Shown in pieces: positions 37,401-49,400 of a stretch of DNA of 64,000 nucleotides. The translations under genes and the position numbers were made by a program. The stretch is from Euglena gracilis (Eukaryota). The notes beneath the pieces are model-generated. The model did no database searches. It was not told where the DNA came from and saw nothing but the letters and a program-made list of their open reading frames with translations. The stretch's first letter is position 1. Every line of letters starts with the position of its first letter. The stretch is from positions 28,175,037 to 28,239,036 of the forward strand of contig CP154954.1 in assembly GCA_039621445.1 (NCBI GenBank), read 5' to 3'.

Positions 37401-40400
37401 CAGCGCCCCAAACCCGACCTCCCCGACCCCCCCCCCCCGCCTTGTCCAACGACCACCCCTCGGTCAGTAGCAATCTTTTTCCAGGTGATCTTTTTTTTCC
37501 AGATTTGCGTTTTGACCCCGGTCTTGTCAAACGACCACCCCCTGGTCAGTGGCGATATTTGGCCAAATAGCGACCCCCCCCCCCCCGGACAGCAACGATA
37601 TTTAGCGGTATAAGGGGAGGGAGGTAATTTGGGAAGGGGGCTGTGAACCACCCCCAAAACCACCATTTTTTTGGTGGGACCCAGGTTTCTTGTACAGTTG
37701 TACAGGGTCCCTGTATTTTTTCCCCTAAAGGGATTGGCATCGAAGACCGTCATCAACCAAAGGGCCGATTGAATAAAAGGCCAGTCCAATCCCAGAGGGC
37801 TCAAAGGTCGAAACGCAAGTGCAGTACTCTGGGGGTTTTGTGTCATGGAAACACATGAGGGGGGAAATTCGGCATTTCTTGGAGAAGACAAGATGATCCC
37901 CCTAAAGCATCTCTTATCCACCCCAAGTGGGGGTTCTTGGGTGGAGTGAAGATTCAGCAATTGTGCAGCCACCGTACACTCCAAAGAGGAAGTTGTGTCC
38001 CCCCCCCCTGCAGGTCTGGGGCTGTACAACATGTTCCCGATGGGTGCGGATGCGCAAACCTTTGCCATCGATACTTTTGCGGAGCCCATCCGCCGCTTTG
38101 TGGAAGGCTGCGATGCCTTGCAGGGCTACCACATGACCTGCGATGCGCTGGGTGCGTTCGGGGGCCTGACGCACCGGTTGGTGGAGACCCAGCAGGCTTT
38201 CCGCTGCAGTCACCCAATTCCACCACTGGGTGCAACATGTGCTGCCATTTGGAGTTTGTATTGCGCCCTCATTGGTTTGTCAACCCACCCCTCCCAGTCG
38301 CCAACTACGCCTGCCAGCCACGGTGCCAATTTATCTCTCGTCCAGGCTCTGATCATCCAAGGGCAGGCAGGCTTGGTTTGCAGGAAAGGCATGCTGACTG
38401 CACCATAAAGGACGACCTCGGCAACCGGCCAGTCTTCCTCCAGGCGGTGAATCAACCTGAACGTTCCCCGTCGGCCCATCAGACACTACACCACACTCTT
38501 CATCTGCTCAATTTTGGCTTCAGCACTGCCGATTTGGTGTGCTGTGCAAGTCCAAAAACGCTCTTCATGCATTCCTCTCCCCAGACGACTGAAAGAAAGG
38601 GGCTAAAGGGGAGCCGCAAGGCAGGGGGGGGAACGCGGAGCGCATATTTTGCGCATATTCTACATATTCTACATATTTACCCCCCCCCTAGTCGTACGAC
38701 CACCCCTCATTTATGACCACCCCCCGGTCACAGGTTGCAGGTCATGGGGGTGTTATGACCACCCCCCCCGGTCACAGGTTGCAGGTTGCGAAAAATATAA
38801 CCCCCCAAAAAAGTCCCCCCCCTGGCCGGTTCGAGCAAAAATCCATGAAATGGACCCCCCCCAATGTGGCCCCCCGTGCCGGCGCGAAGCGCCGGATTTT
38901 TGAAAAATGGGACATTTTGGGGGGGGTAAATCTGCCATTTTGGGACAGTTTTCACACACTTCTACGACCGCCCCCTCATCTATGACCACCCCCCGGTCAC
39001 AGGTTGCAGGTTATGGGGGTGTTATGACCACCCCCCCCCCCCGGTCACAGGTTGCAGGAACCCGGTCATACGACTAGGGGGGGGGTAGTGCATATTTCGT
39101 TTTTTGACCCCAAAAATCACATGTTTTGTGAATTTTTCGCATATTTTCCGAGGGTTTTCCCGCTGCATATTTGCCCATTCCCGCATATTTTCGGCGGCTT
39201 TTTGGTCCATTTTTGACTTCTTTCCAACCATTTTAGGCCATTTGTTTTCCTTTTCGGCCCTTTTTTTGCCAGTTTTGGCCCATTTGCATTTTGGGCTACT
39301 CTGAGCCACATTGGGCCATTTTTGCGTCGTTTTGGACCAATGTTTGCTTTTTTGGGCATTTTCTTTGGCGATTGTTGGCCGTTTCATTTTGGCAAATCAG
39401 CTGTTTCTTTTTTGGCATTTGGTAGGACTTTCTCAAGGTGCACCCTCTCTTCACAGAGTGCAGCCGGGGACGTATACGTTCCCCTCAACATTGCCGACTG
39501 GATGATTCCCACCGACCCAGCCCCTTTCCCGTTGCTGCTTTTCGACCTCAAGGCCGACGCCGTGGCCCAAACAGCAGTGTGCATGCACCCCTCAGTTGTT
39601 TTGGAAATTTTTGCTTTTGAAGATGCTGAAATGAATGAGGCCAGGGAAACAAACTTTCACAGTGCTTTATGACACCCCTGTAAAAGGGCTGGATGGCTGG
39701 ACTCCCCAGACTTTTGCTTGAAGGGGGGGTTCACTGGATAGGGATTTCCACCGTTGGAAATGGGATCCCCCCAACGGGAAGGTATTGTGGGGGAAGGCCG
39801 CGTGGGGAGGTGGTTTTCACGTGGGACCCCCCCCCCTCAGGTGATTGCTGCCGCCCTGGACACGTACCTCCTCCCGACCCGTTCCGCCGGGGCCACCGCC
39901 TACCCGTTGGGCAATCTGTGCCGGGCGCTGCGGACCTACAACTCCATGCGGGTGTCCTCGATGTTCTGCGCGGTGCCCTTCCCGGCCAGGGCCTTGCTGC
40001 CACCTGCATTCTTGGGCCATCTGCACGCCCCGGCCCGCACGCACGGCCCTTGCGGTGGTCTTCCCCGACAACGCCTCCCTGGCGGCCGCCCTTCGGGCCA
40101 CGCCGTTGTACAGCCCAGCGTTCCTCCCCCTGTCGCATGCGCTGGCGGCGGGCGGTGCCCCGCAGGCGGTGGGCCAGGCCATCGTGGTGCGTGGGCTGCA
40201 GCAGCTGCCATTGAACCCACCGGAGCCGAAGGTGTGCACCACTGATTTTCAGGGTATCAGCAGGTAGGTCCGAAAGTGCCACCGCCACAATGTATGAGGA
40301 CAAATATCTGACAGTTTGGCCCACAGCTCCATAAAGAGATTCACAGCCTCGATTGGATGACCCCGGCCGTTTCTAGACAAAAAATACCCCCCCCCTTCCC

Positions 40401-43400
40401 CCCGCCCCGAGTCCCAGGGAATTGGATTGTTTATGTGATGATTCCCTCACTGCACACCACTCTGAGCCCCCGCACTGGAATTGGATTGTTTATGTGATGA
40501 TTCCCTCACTGCACACCACTCTGAGCCCCCACACTGATGCTTTGTCTCTTCTGCTTTGATATTTGAGTGGCCAACCGCCCTGCCCGGGGGGGCAGTGATT
40601 TCAGTAACCTCCCCTTGGGTATAAAGTTTTTATAAAGTTTGCAGGGGGGTTCCTTTCCCCAGCGTACGGGAATCATTGATTTCGAGTTTGGGTTGATGGA
40701 GGATGTTCCAGCGATGCCCGAAATCGTTTTTCCCCCAGGATTGGCGTGTTTTTGCTGAGATATTGCAAAAGCATTTTTGTGAAGAATTTCGAAAATTTTC
40801 CAGAATGAATTTTTAAGGGTTTTCCAAGGACCTTCAAGGCACCCCCGACAGCTCCCCAAACCCCCCACACATGCAGCCTGGGTTTTTACCTTCTGCTTGG
40901 TTGTGTGTACCGTCAGCGGTCAAGTTGCTCATATTCCCTCATTTGGATTTCATTCCAAGAGGGGCCGCAAGCAGCTGAGATTTGTGCGTGATTGAATGCA
41001 ATTGCAGAGACGCTTTTTTTTTTTCAGGCAAGAACCCTCTTTTGGATGAGTCGGTTGTGTGGTGCTGTGGTGGGTTGAGTGAGTCGAACCCACTCATCTG
41101 GCGTTGCCTGGTCCAGACACCCAACCACAGCCTTGGCCCATCCAGGCAAGCAGAGGTTGAGAATTGAATGGTCCGAGGTTTTTTTTGGAAAAAATCCCTG
41201 CAGTGGTCAAAAGGACAACAAAATTGGGGATTGTGAGTTTCTGACAGAAGGCAGCTTGGAGGGGAGGATTAACCATTTTGATATTGATCCGGAGCTTTGC
41301 AATGACACCCATCGGCTCGATTGGATGACCCCCACAAGTGTGCCACTCTGCGCTGGCAGCAACGGGCTGATCATCTCCGCAAGGTGGGGAACGGTTTGCG
41401 GATTGACATACACAGGGGCGGGAACTGGAATTAGTGTGCATTTTGATTTGTTTGAGAATTTGAACTGCAGGGGATATGAATGCGAGGGACGGACGGAAGG
41501 CAATTGACACAGGGAAGGGCAAGCGGGAACCAGCTTTGGCAATGCATCTCCACTGCACCAAATTGTAAATTGTTGAGATGTCAATTGTAAAAGGTTGCAA
41601 TCTTATTGAAATCGTATTACAATCAATGTGAGTTGTTATAAAGGGAAAGGAAAGTACATACGCCAGTTGTGTTTGCTCATTGCGTTTTGGGGCCAGAGGA
41701 TGGATGTGAATCTCGTTGAACCGAACGCATTGTGAAGGAGATGGCTTGGATTGCTGACCGCCAGTTGGGGAGGTTTGTTAGTTGTTGAAAAGGGAAGGTA
41801 ATTCACAGTGTGATTGTGATGAAGGACGGGGAATCTGCTCGGAGAGCTCCCCCCCCCCCCCCCCCACAAGGCTGGACGTCCCCCATTTGTCCGGCTGGAT
41901 TCATCCCCGGATGTGTGGCCGCTGTGCCTTGTGATGACCACCACCGTTGCACACCACCGAAATGAATTGTGATTCGTGTACGGAGTCTGGAGTCTGATGG
42001 CCCATGGCAATGGGTTGAGATGGATTGTCCCCTCAAGAACGCAATTGTCTTGCCCCAGCTGTTTGTTCACATGCAGTTACCCTGAATTGGCATTGGGTGG
42101 GCTGACAGCCGACAAGGCGCAAAAGTTTGCATGATGCATATCATATTTCTCAACACCAGAGTTCACACTGTGATGGCACAATGATTCCCCTGGCTGATCA
42201 GCATCCGTCCCTCCAGGGGCACAGAAAACGGGTGGGGCGGCCATTGACGGCTGCCAGTGTGGTGGGAGGGAGGATTAGCTTTGCTGTTTGGCCCGGAGCT
42301 CTGCAATGACACCCATAGGCTCGATTGGATGACCTCCACCGGCAGCCACGGCCCCTCCTCCTGAATGGCAAGCACGCTGGACTGGCGGGAATGCTGTTTT
42401 GGATAATGATTTGTTTGTGTGTGGTGCTGTGGTGGGTTGGGTGCAGCAACCCTGGTTCTGCCCGGGGGGGGGGGGCTCAATTTAGGCAGCAGCATTCTCA
42501 TTTCATCTTTTTGTGTTGGTTTGCGCGTATGCGCAAATTAACGAAAATTTTATTTCGGCTCTGGGGTGTCCGATAATATGGCGACATGTGCAAAAATCCG
42601 TTTTTTGATGGTGTTACTCCGGGAACTTGCCAAAAAATTGTGTTTTTGGAGGGTCCGGAAATGGGCTCCGCACATCGAAACCCCCGGGACCCCCCCCCCC
42701 GAGTGAAAGCGAGAAGGCTGGGAAAGGCTTGAGTTTTTTCCGCCATTGGTAGCTTGGTTGTGTACACCATCAGTGGTCAAGTTGCTCATATTCCCTCATG
42801 GGCTTTGCATTCCAAGAGGGGCCGCAAGCAACTGAGATTTGCCTGAATGCAGAACGCTGCATTTTTGCAGGCAGCCTCCCAGCAAGAATCCTATTTTGGA
42901 TTTGGATTTGTTTGCGCGGTTTTGTGGCGGAATGGGAAGGGTGGTCCCACAATGGAATGGGAAGGGGGTTTTGTTGCGCATTTGGGCTTGAGGGCTGGCC
43001 ATGGGCTGGCTTGAAGAAATCATTTTGTTTCCCTGGAGTTGGCCTGTTGTTGCCGAGATTTTATGGTTGCGTTTTTGTTTGGAGAATATTTTGCCAGATT
43101 TTTAATTTAAGGCATTTGTAGGTTTTTGGTGTGCCTCAAAGATGATGCCCGTCAACGACCCAAACCAGCGCTTCCTGTGCTGTACTGCAAGATCGAAGCA
43201 AGAAATTGTGGGAAATTATCATTTTTGAAGGGAATTTTGGTAATCCGTAGCAGGCTGTTTTTAAGGTGGTGCCGACACCAACCGAAGGGGGGGGGGGCAA
43301 AGGCACTCCACGGCACTCCCAACCCCGATAAGCCACAGCCAACAGTGCCCTAGCACAGACACCAGCGCCAAAGGCGGGGGGGTGCCAAAATGGCCTATTT

Positions 43401-46400
43401 TCAAAGGAGTGTGCCTGGGCGCAGGCCGAAATCCGACCCTCCCCCGTGGGGGGTGGTGGCTGCCTGGGCAGGCTCTCCGGACCCCCCTCGCCCCCCCCCC
43501 CCCCGTAAAAAAAAACAGCCTGATCTGTAGCAGGCTTTTGCTTAAGGGATTGCAGTACCCCCGGGGGGGGGTGGCTGGACTAGCTAGTCCAAATTTGGCT
43601 AGTGAGATTTCTAGCAGACCCCCCCCCCCCGGGGGGGATCTGCTGGCAGGGCTACCCCCCCCCTGGGGGGGATCTGCTAGCAGGGCTAGCTAGTGGAAAA
43701 CTTTTTCCTGTGACCGGCTCAAAGCGCCGGAATTTTTTTTGGGACCCCCCCCCCAATGGCCAAAAATGGGAATTCTCGGAACAAAATCAGCCCAAAACCT
43801 ATTAAAAACGTCATTTCCACCTCGGCGTGCAGTGCCGGAGGAAAATTTTTTATCCAGTTGGGGGGACCCCCGGACCCCCCAGGGGGGTCTAGCTAGTCCA
43901 TTTTTTCCAGTGTCTAGCCGATTGGCTAGGAAGTCCCCCCCCCCCCCCGGGGTCTTTAAACAAAAGCCTGATCCGTAGTGATGATCAAAAGCCAAGGAAG
44001 TTTGGGCTTGTAAAATGCTGTTTGGAGGAGAGGATTAATTTTGTTGATTTTGATCCGGAGCTCTGCAATGACAACCCTCGGCTCGATTGGATGACCTCCA
44101 CAGGTGTCGTGTCCCCCAGACCAGCTCAAAGCCCCTAACCAGCTGCGAAGTTCAGTAATTTGGAGTGGATTACATGATGATCCCCTTACTGCACACCACA
44201 ATGAGCCTCGCGTTGATTCTTTGTCCGCCCTGATTGCTTGGCCCATGTTTTTCAACCAGTGACAGACAGAAGGCAATTGAAACTCCCCCCCCCCCCCGCG
44301 TGTTATTGATCCTCTGGGCTGTTGGCCCATTTTGCCCCCCGTCCTCTGCTGCGCCCAACCTGACCCCCCCCCCCCGAAAAAGGTTGCGCTGAAAAAAGTG
44401 GACTGGGAACCTGCTCGGAGGCGACCATTTCAAACCCCCCCCCCCCCACAAGGCTGGACATCCCCCACTTGTTCAGGTGGATTCATCCCCGGATGTGTGG
44501 CCGCTGTGCCTTGTGATGACCACCACCGTTGCACACCACCGAAATGAATTGTGATTCGTGTACGGAGTCTGGAGTCTGATGGCAATGGGTTGAGATGGAT
44601 TGTCCCCTCAAGAACGCAATTGTCTTGCCCCAGCTGTTTGTTCACATGCAGTTACCCTGAATTGGCATTGGATGGGCTGACATGATGCACATCATATTTC
44701 TCAACACCAGAGTTCACACTGTGATGGCACAATGATTCCCCTGGCTGATCAGCATCCGTCTCTCCAGGGGCACAGAAAACGGGTGGGGCGGCCATTGACG
44801 GCTGCCAATGTGGTGGGAGGGAGGATTAGCTTTGCTGTTTGGCCCGGAGCTCTGCAATGACACCCATAGGCTCGATTGGATGACCTCCACCGGCAGCCAC
44901 AGCCCCTCCTCCTGAATGGCAAGCACACTGGACTGGCGGGAATGCTGTTTTGGATAATGATTCGTTTGTCTGTGGTGCTGTGGTAGGTTGGCTTTGCCTG
45001 GAGAGGGCTCAATTTCCCCCACCCGCCTTCCCCGCACCAGCCCTGGCTCATCCAGGCAAGGATGAGTTAGTTGATCCAGCTCATAGGGATTGTGAAATGA
45101 ATCAGCTTGGAAGGGAGGATTGATTATGTTGATTTTGATCCGGAGCTTTTGCAATGACACCCATCGGCTCGATTGGATGACCTCCACAGGTGACCCTCAG
45201 ACCAATTCAGATCCCCAATTTTGGCACAATGGCAAAGCCCAGGAAATCAGTTCCAGATTACCGTGCGTTGCACCAAAAGGAAAGAAAGCCCACAAAATGT
45301 TTTCGTGCAAATGGTTTTGGTGAGAGCCAAATGCATGTGCTCTGTGGGCGGGGGATTTTCCCCTCCGGTGGGTATCATGTTCAGCATCAGCTGCCCCACC
45401 CACCCCAATTGTTGACCAGGAGAAGGCTTCTGATTCTGATTTGGTGCTTGGCAATGACAGTCACCAGCTCGACTGAATGACCAGCAACAGCCAAGTGCTG
45501 GGGCGAAAGGAAGCGTAACCCCCCAAGTGCCATTCGGGGCAAAGCAAATTGGGTGGACATTGTATTTCTTCAGAAGAGATAATCCATTTGGTGGGTAAAT
45601 TGAATTGTTGGAAAATGGAAGGTGCAAAGGAAGAAGAGCAATTTGTATGAACCACCCAAATATCCTGGCAGTGTACGAACAACCTTGCAAAGGGCAAGGC
45701 AACAAGATTGTTCTTGTCTTTTGGCACCCCGCCAGGTCATTTTGGGAGGGGGTTTTGATTTGGTGGTGAATGCAGTTGAAGGCGTGGAGGCCACCTCCAA
45801 AATTTTTATCCCCCCCCCTCGCCCCAAATGGTACCTTGGGGTTATGATTTTTTAAGGCTCAATTTTTAAAAATTTCAAAGTTTTTTTTGATTTTTGTTTT
45901 AGTTTTGTTTATAGGATTTTAATGTTCAATTTTAAGGCATTTTTTAAAATTTCATTGTATCTCTTTTCCAGGGGAAGTACAAGGGCCATCTGGATGTCAA
46001 ATGGCTTAAAATCAGAAAAAGGTTGAAAACTTTTTTTTTCGAGTTTGGGTTGATGGAGGATGTTCCAGCGATGCCCGAAATTGTTTTTCCCCCAGGATTG
46101 GCCTGTTTTTGCTGAGATATTGCAAAAGCATGTGAAGAATTTCGAAAATTTTCCAGAATGATTTTTTAAGGGTTCCCAAGGACATTCAAGGCACCCTAAA
46201 AGAATAACCCCCTGACGATCCCCCCCCCAACAGCTCCCCAAACCCCCCACACATGCAGCCTGGGTTTTTACCTCCTGCTTGGTTGTGTGTACCGTCAGCG
46301 GTCAAGTTGCTCATATTCCCTCATTTGGATTTCATTCCAAGAGGGGCCGCAAGCAGCTGAGATTTGTGCGTGATTGAATGCAATTGCAGAGACGCTTTTT

Positions 46401-49400
46401 TTTTTCAGGCAAGAACCCTCTTTTGGATGAGTCGGTTGTGTGGTGCTGTGGTGGGTTGAGTGAGTCGAACCCACTCATCTGGTGTTGCCTGGTCCAGACA
46501 CCCAACCACAGCCTTGGCCCATCCAGGCAAGCAGAGGTTGAGAATTGAATGGTCCGAGGTTTTTTTTGGAAAAAATCCCTGCATTGCTCAAAAGGACAAC
46601 AAAATTGGGGATTGTGAGTTTCTGACAGAAGGCAGCTTGGAGGGGAGGATTAACCATTTTGATATTGATCCGGAGCTTTGCAATGACACCCATCGGCTCG
46701 ATTGGATGACCCCACAAGTGCGCCACTCTGCGCTGGCAGCAACGGGCTGATCATCTCCGCAAGGTGGGGAACGGTTTGCGGATTGACATACACAGGGGCG
46801 GGAACTGGAATTAGTGTGCATTTTGATTTGTTTGAGAATTTGAACTGCAGGGGACATGAATGCGAGGGACGGACGGAAGGCAATTGACACAGGGAAGGGC
46901 AAGCGGGAACCAGCTTTGGCAATGCATCTCCACTGCACCAAATTGTAAATTGTTGAGATGTCAACTGTAAAAGGTTGTAATCTTATTGAAATCGTATTAC
47001 AATCAATGTAAGTTGTTATAAAGGGAAAGGAAAGTACATACGCCAGTTGTGTTTGCTCATTGCGTTTTGGGGCCAGAGGATGGATGTGAATCTCGTTGAA
47101 CCGAACGCATTGTGAAGGAGATGGCTTGGATTGCTGACCGCCAGTTGGGGAGGTTTGTTAGTTGTTGAGAAGGGAAGGGAATTCACAGTGTGATTGTGAT
47201 GAAGGACGGGGAATCTGCTCGGAGAGCTCCACCCCCCCCCCCCACAAGGCTGGACATCCCCCATTTGTCCGGCTGGATTCATCCCCGGATGTGTGGCCGC
47301 TGTGCCTTGTGATGACCACCACCGTTGCACACCACCGAAATGAATTGTGATTCGTGTACGGAGTCTGGAGTCTGATGGCCCATGGCAATGGGTTGAGATG
47401 GATTGTCCCCTCAAGAACGCAATTGTCTTGCCCCAGCTGTTTGTTCACATGCAGTTACCCTGAATTTGCATTGGGTGGGCTGACAGCCGACAAGGCGCAA
47501 AAGTTTGCATGATGCACATCATATTTCTCAACACCAGAGTTCACACTGTGATGGCACAATGATTCCCCTGGCTGATCAGCATCCGTCCCTCCAGGGGCAC
47601 AGAAAACGGGTGGGGCGGCCATTGACGGCTGCCAATGTGGTGGAAGGGAGGATTAGCTTTGCTGTTTGGCCCGGAGCTCTGCAATGACACCCATAGGCTC
47701 GATTGGATGACCTCCACCGGCAGCCACGGCCCCTCCTCCTGAATGGCAAGCACGCTGGACTGGCGGGAATGCTGTTTTGGATAATGATTTGTTTGTGTGT
47801 GGTGCTGTGGTGGGTTGGGTGCAGCAACCCTGGTTCTGCCGGGGGGGGGGGGCTCAATTTAGGCAGCAGCATTCTCATTTCATCTTTTTGTGTTGGTTTG
47901 CGCAAATTAACGAAAATTTTATTTCGGCTCTGGGGTGTCCGATAATATGGCGACATGTGCAAAAATCCGTTTTTTGATGGTGTTACTCCGGGAACTTGCC
48001 AAAAAATTGTGTTTTTGGAGGGTCCGGAAATGGGCTCCGCACATCGAAACCCCCGGGACCCCCCCCCCTCGAGTGAAAGCGAGAAGGCTGGGAAAGGCTT
48101 GAGTTTTTTCCGCCATTGGTAGCTTGGTTGTGTACACCATCAGTGGTCAAGTTGCTCATATTCCCTCATGGGCTTTGCATTCCAAGAGGGGCCGCAAGCA
48201 ACTGAGATTTGCCTGAATGCAGAACTCTGCATTTTTGCAGGCAGCCTCCCAGCAAGAATCCTATTTTGGATTTGGATTCGTTTGCGCGGTTTTGTGGCAG
48301 AATGGGAAGGGTGGTCCCACAATGGAATGGGAAGGGGGTTTTGTTGCGCATTTGGGCTGGCCATGGGCTGGCTTGAAGAAATCATTTTGTTTCCCTGGAG
48401 TTGGCCTGTTGTTGCTGAGATTTTATGGTTGCATTTTTGTTTGGAGAATATTTTGCCAGATTTTTAATTTAAGGCATTTGTAGGTTTTTGGTGTGCCTCA
48501 AAGATGATGCCCGTCAACGACCCAAACCAGCGCTTCCTGTGCTGTACTGCATGATCGAAGCAAGAAATTGTGGGAAATTATCATTTTTGAAGGGAATTTT
48601 GGTAATCCGTAGCAGGCTGTTTTTAAGGTGGTGCCGACACCAACCGAAGGGGGGGGGCAAAGGCACTCCACGGCACTCCCAACCCCGATAAGCCACAGCC
48701 AACAGTGCCCTAGCACAGACACCAGCGCCAAAGGCGGGGGGGTGCCAAAATGGCCTATTTTCAAAGGAGTGTGCCTGGGCGCAGGCCGAAATCCGACCCT
48801 CCCCCGTGGGGGGTGGTAGCTGCCTGGGCAGGCTCTCCGGACCCCCCCCCTCGCCCCCCCCCCCCAGGTTGGTATAAAAAAACAGCCTGATCTGTAGCAG
48901 GCTTTTGCTTAAGGGATTGCAGTACCCCCGGGGGGGGGGTGGATGGACTAGCTAGTCCAAATTTGGCTAGTGAGATTTCTAGCAGACCCCCCCCCCCGGG
49001 GGGGATCTGCTAGCAGGGCTACCCCCCCCCTGGGGGGATCTGCTAGCAGGGCTAGCTAGTGGAAAACTTTTTCCTGTGACCGGCGCAAAGCGCCGGAATT
49101 TTTTTGTGACCCCCCCAAATGGCCAAAAATGGGAATTCTCGGAACAAAATCAGCCCAAAACCTATTAAAAACGTCATTTCCACCTCGGCGTGCAGTGCCG
49201 GAGGAAAATTTTTTATCCAGTTGGGGGGACCCCCGGACCCCCCAGGGGGGTCTAGCTAGTCCATTTTTTCCAGTGTCTTGCCGATTGGCTAGGAAGTACC
49301 CCCCCCCCGGGTCTTTAAACAAAAGCCTGATCCGTAGTGATGATCAAAAGCCAAGGAAGTTTGGGCTTGTAAAATGCTGTTTGGAGGAGAGGATTAATTT

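Larger units (their letters stand above)
135..41361 (+). repeat. ~20.6 kb direct repeat (135-20697 = 20711-41361) separated by a 13-N gap; likely contig/haplotype overlap
   Basis: Sequence after the Ns (ccaaaagtttgccacccagacc) restarts at 135; sequence before the Ns (ctctgcgctggcagca) recurs ending at 41361; Ns occupy 20698-20710. Confidence 0.95.

Noticed and set aside
135-41361. Real tandem gene duplication of EPL1 and Misato
   Set aside because: The breakpoint coincides with a 13-N gap and the copies look allelic; treated as a probable assembly overlap.
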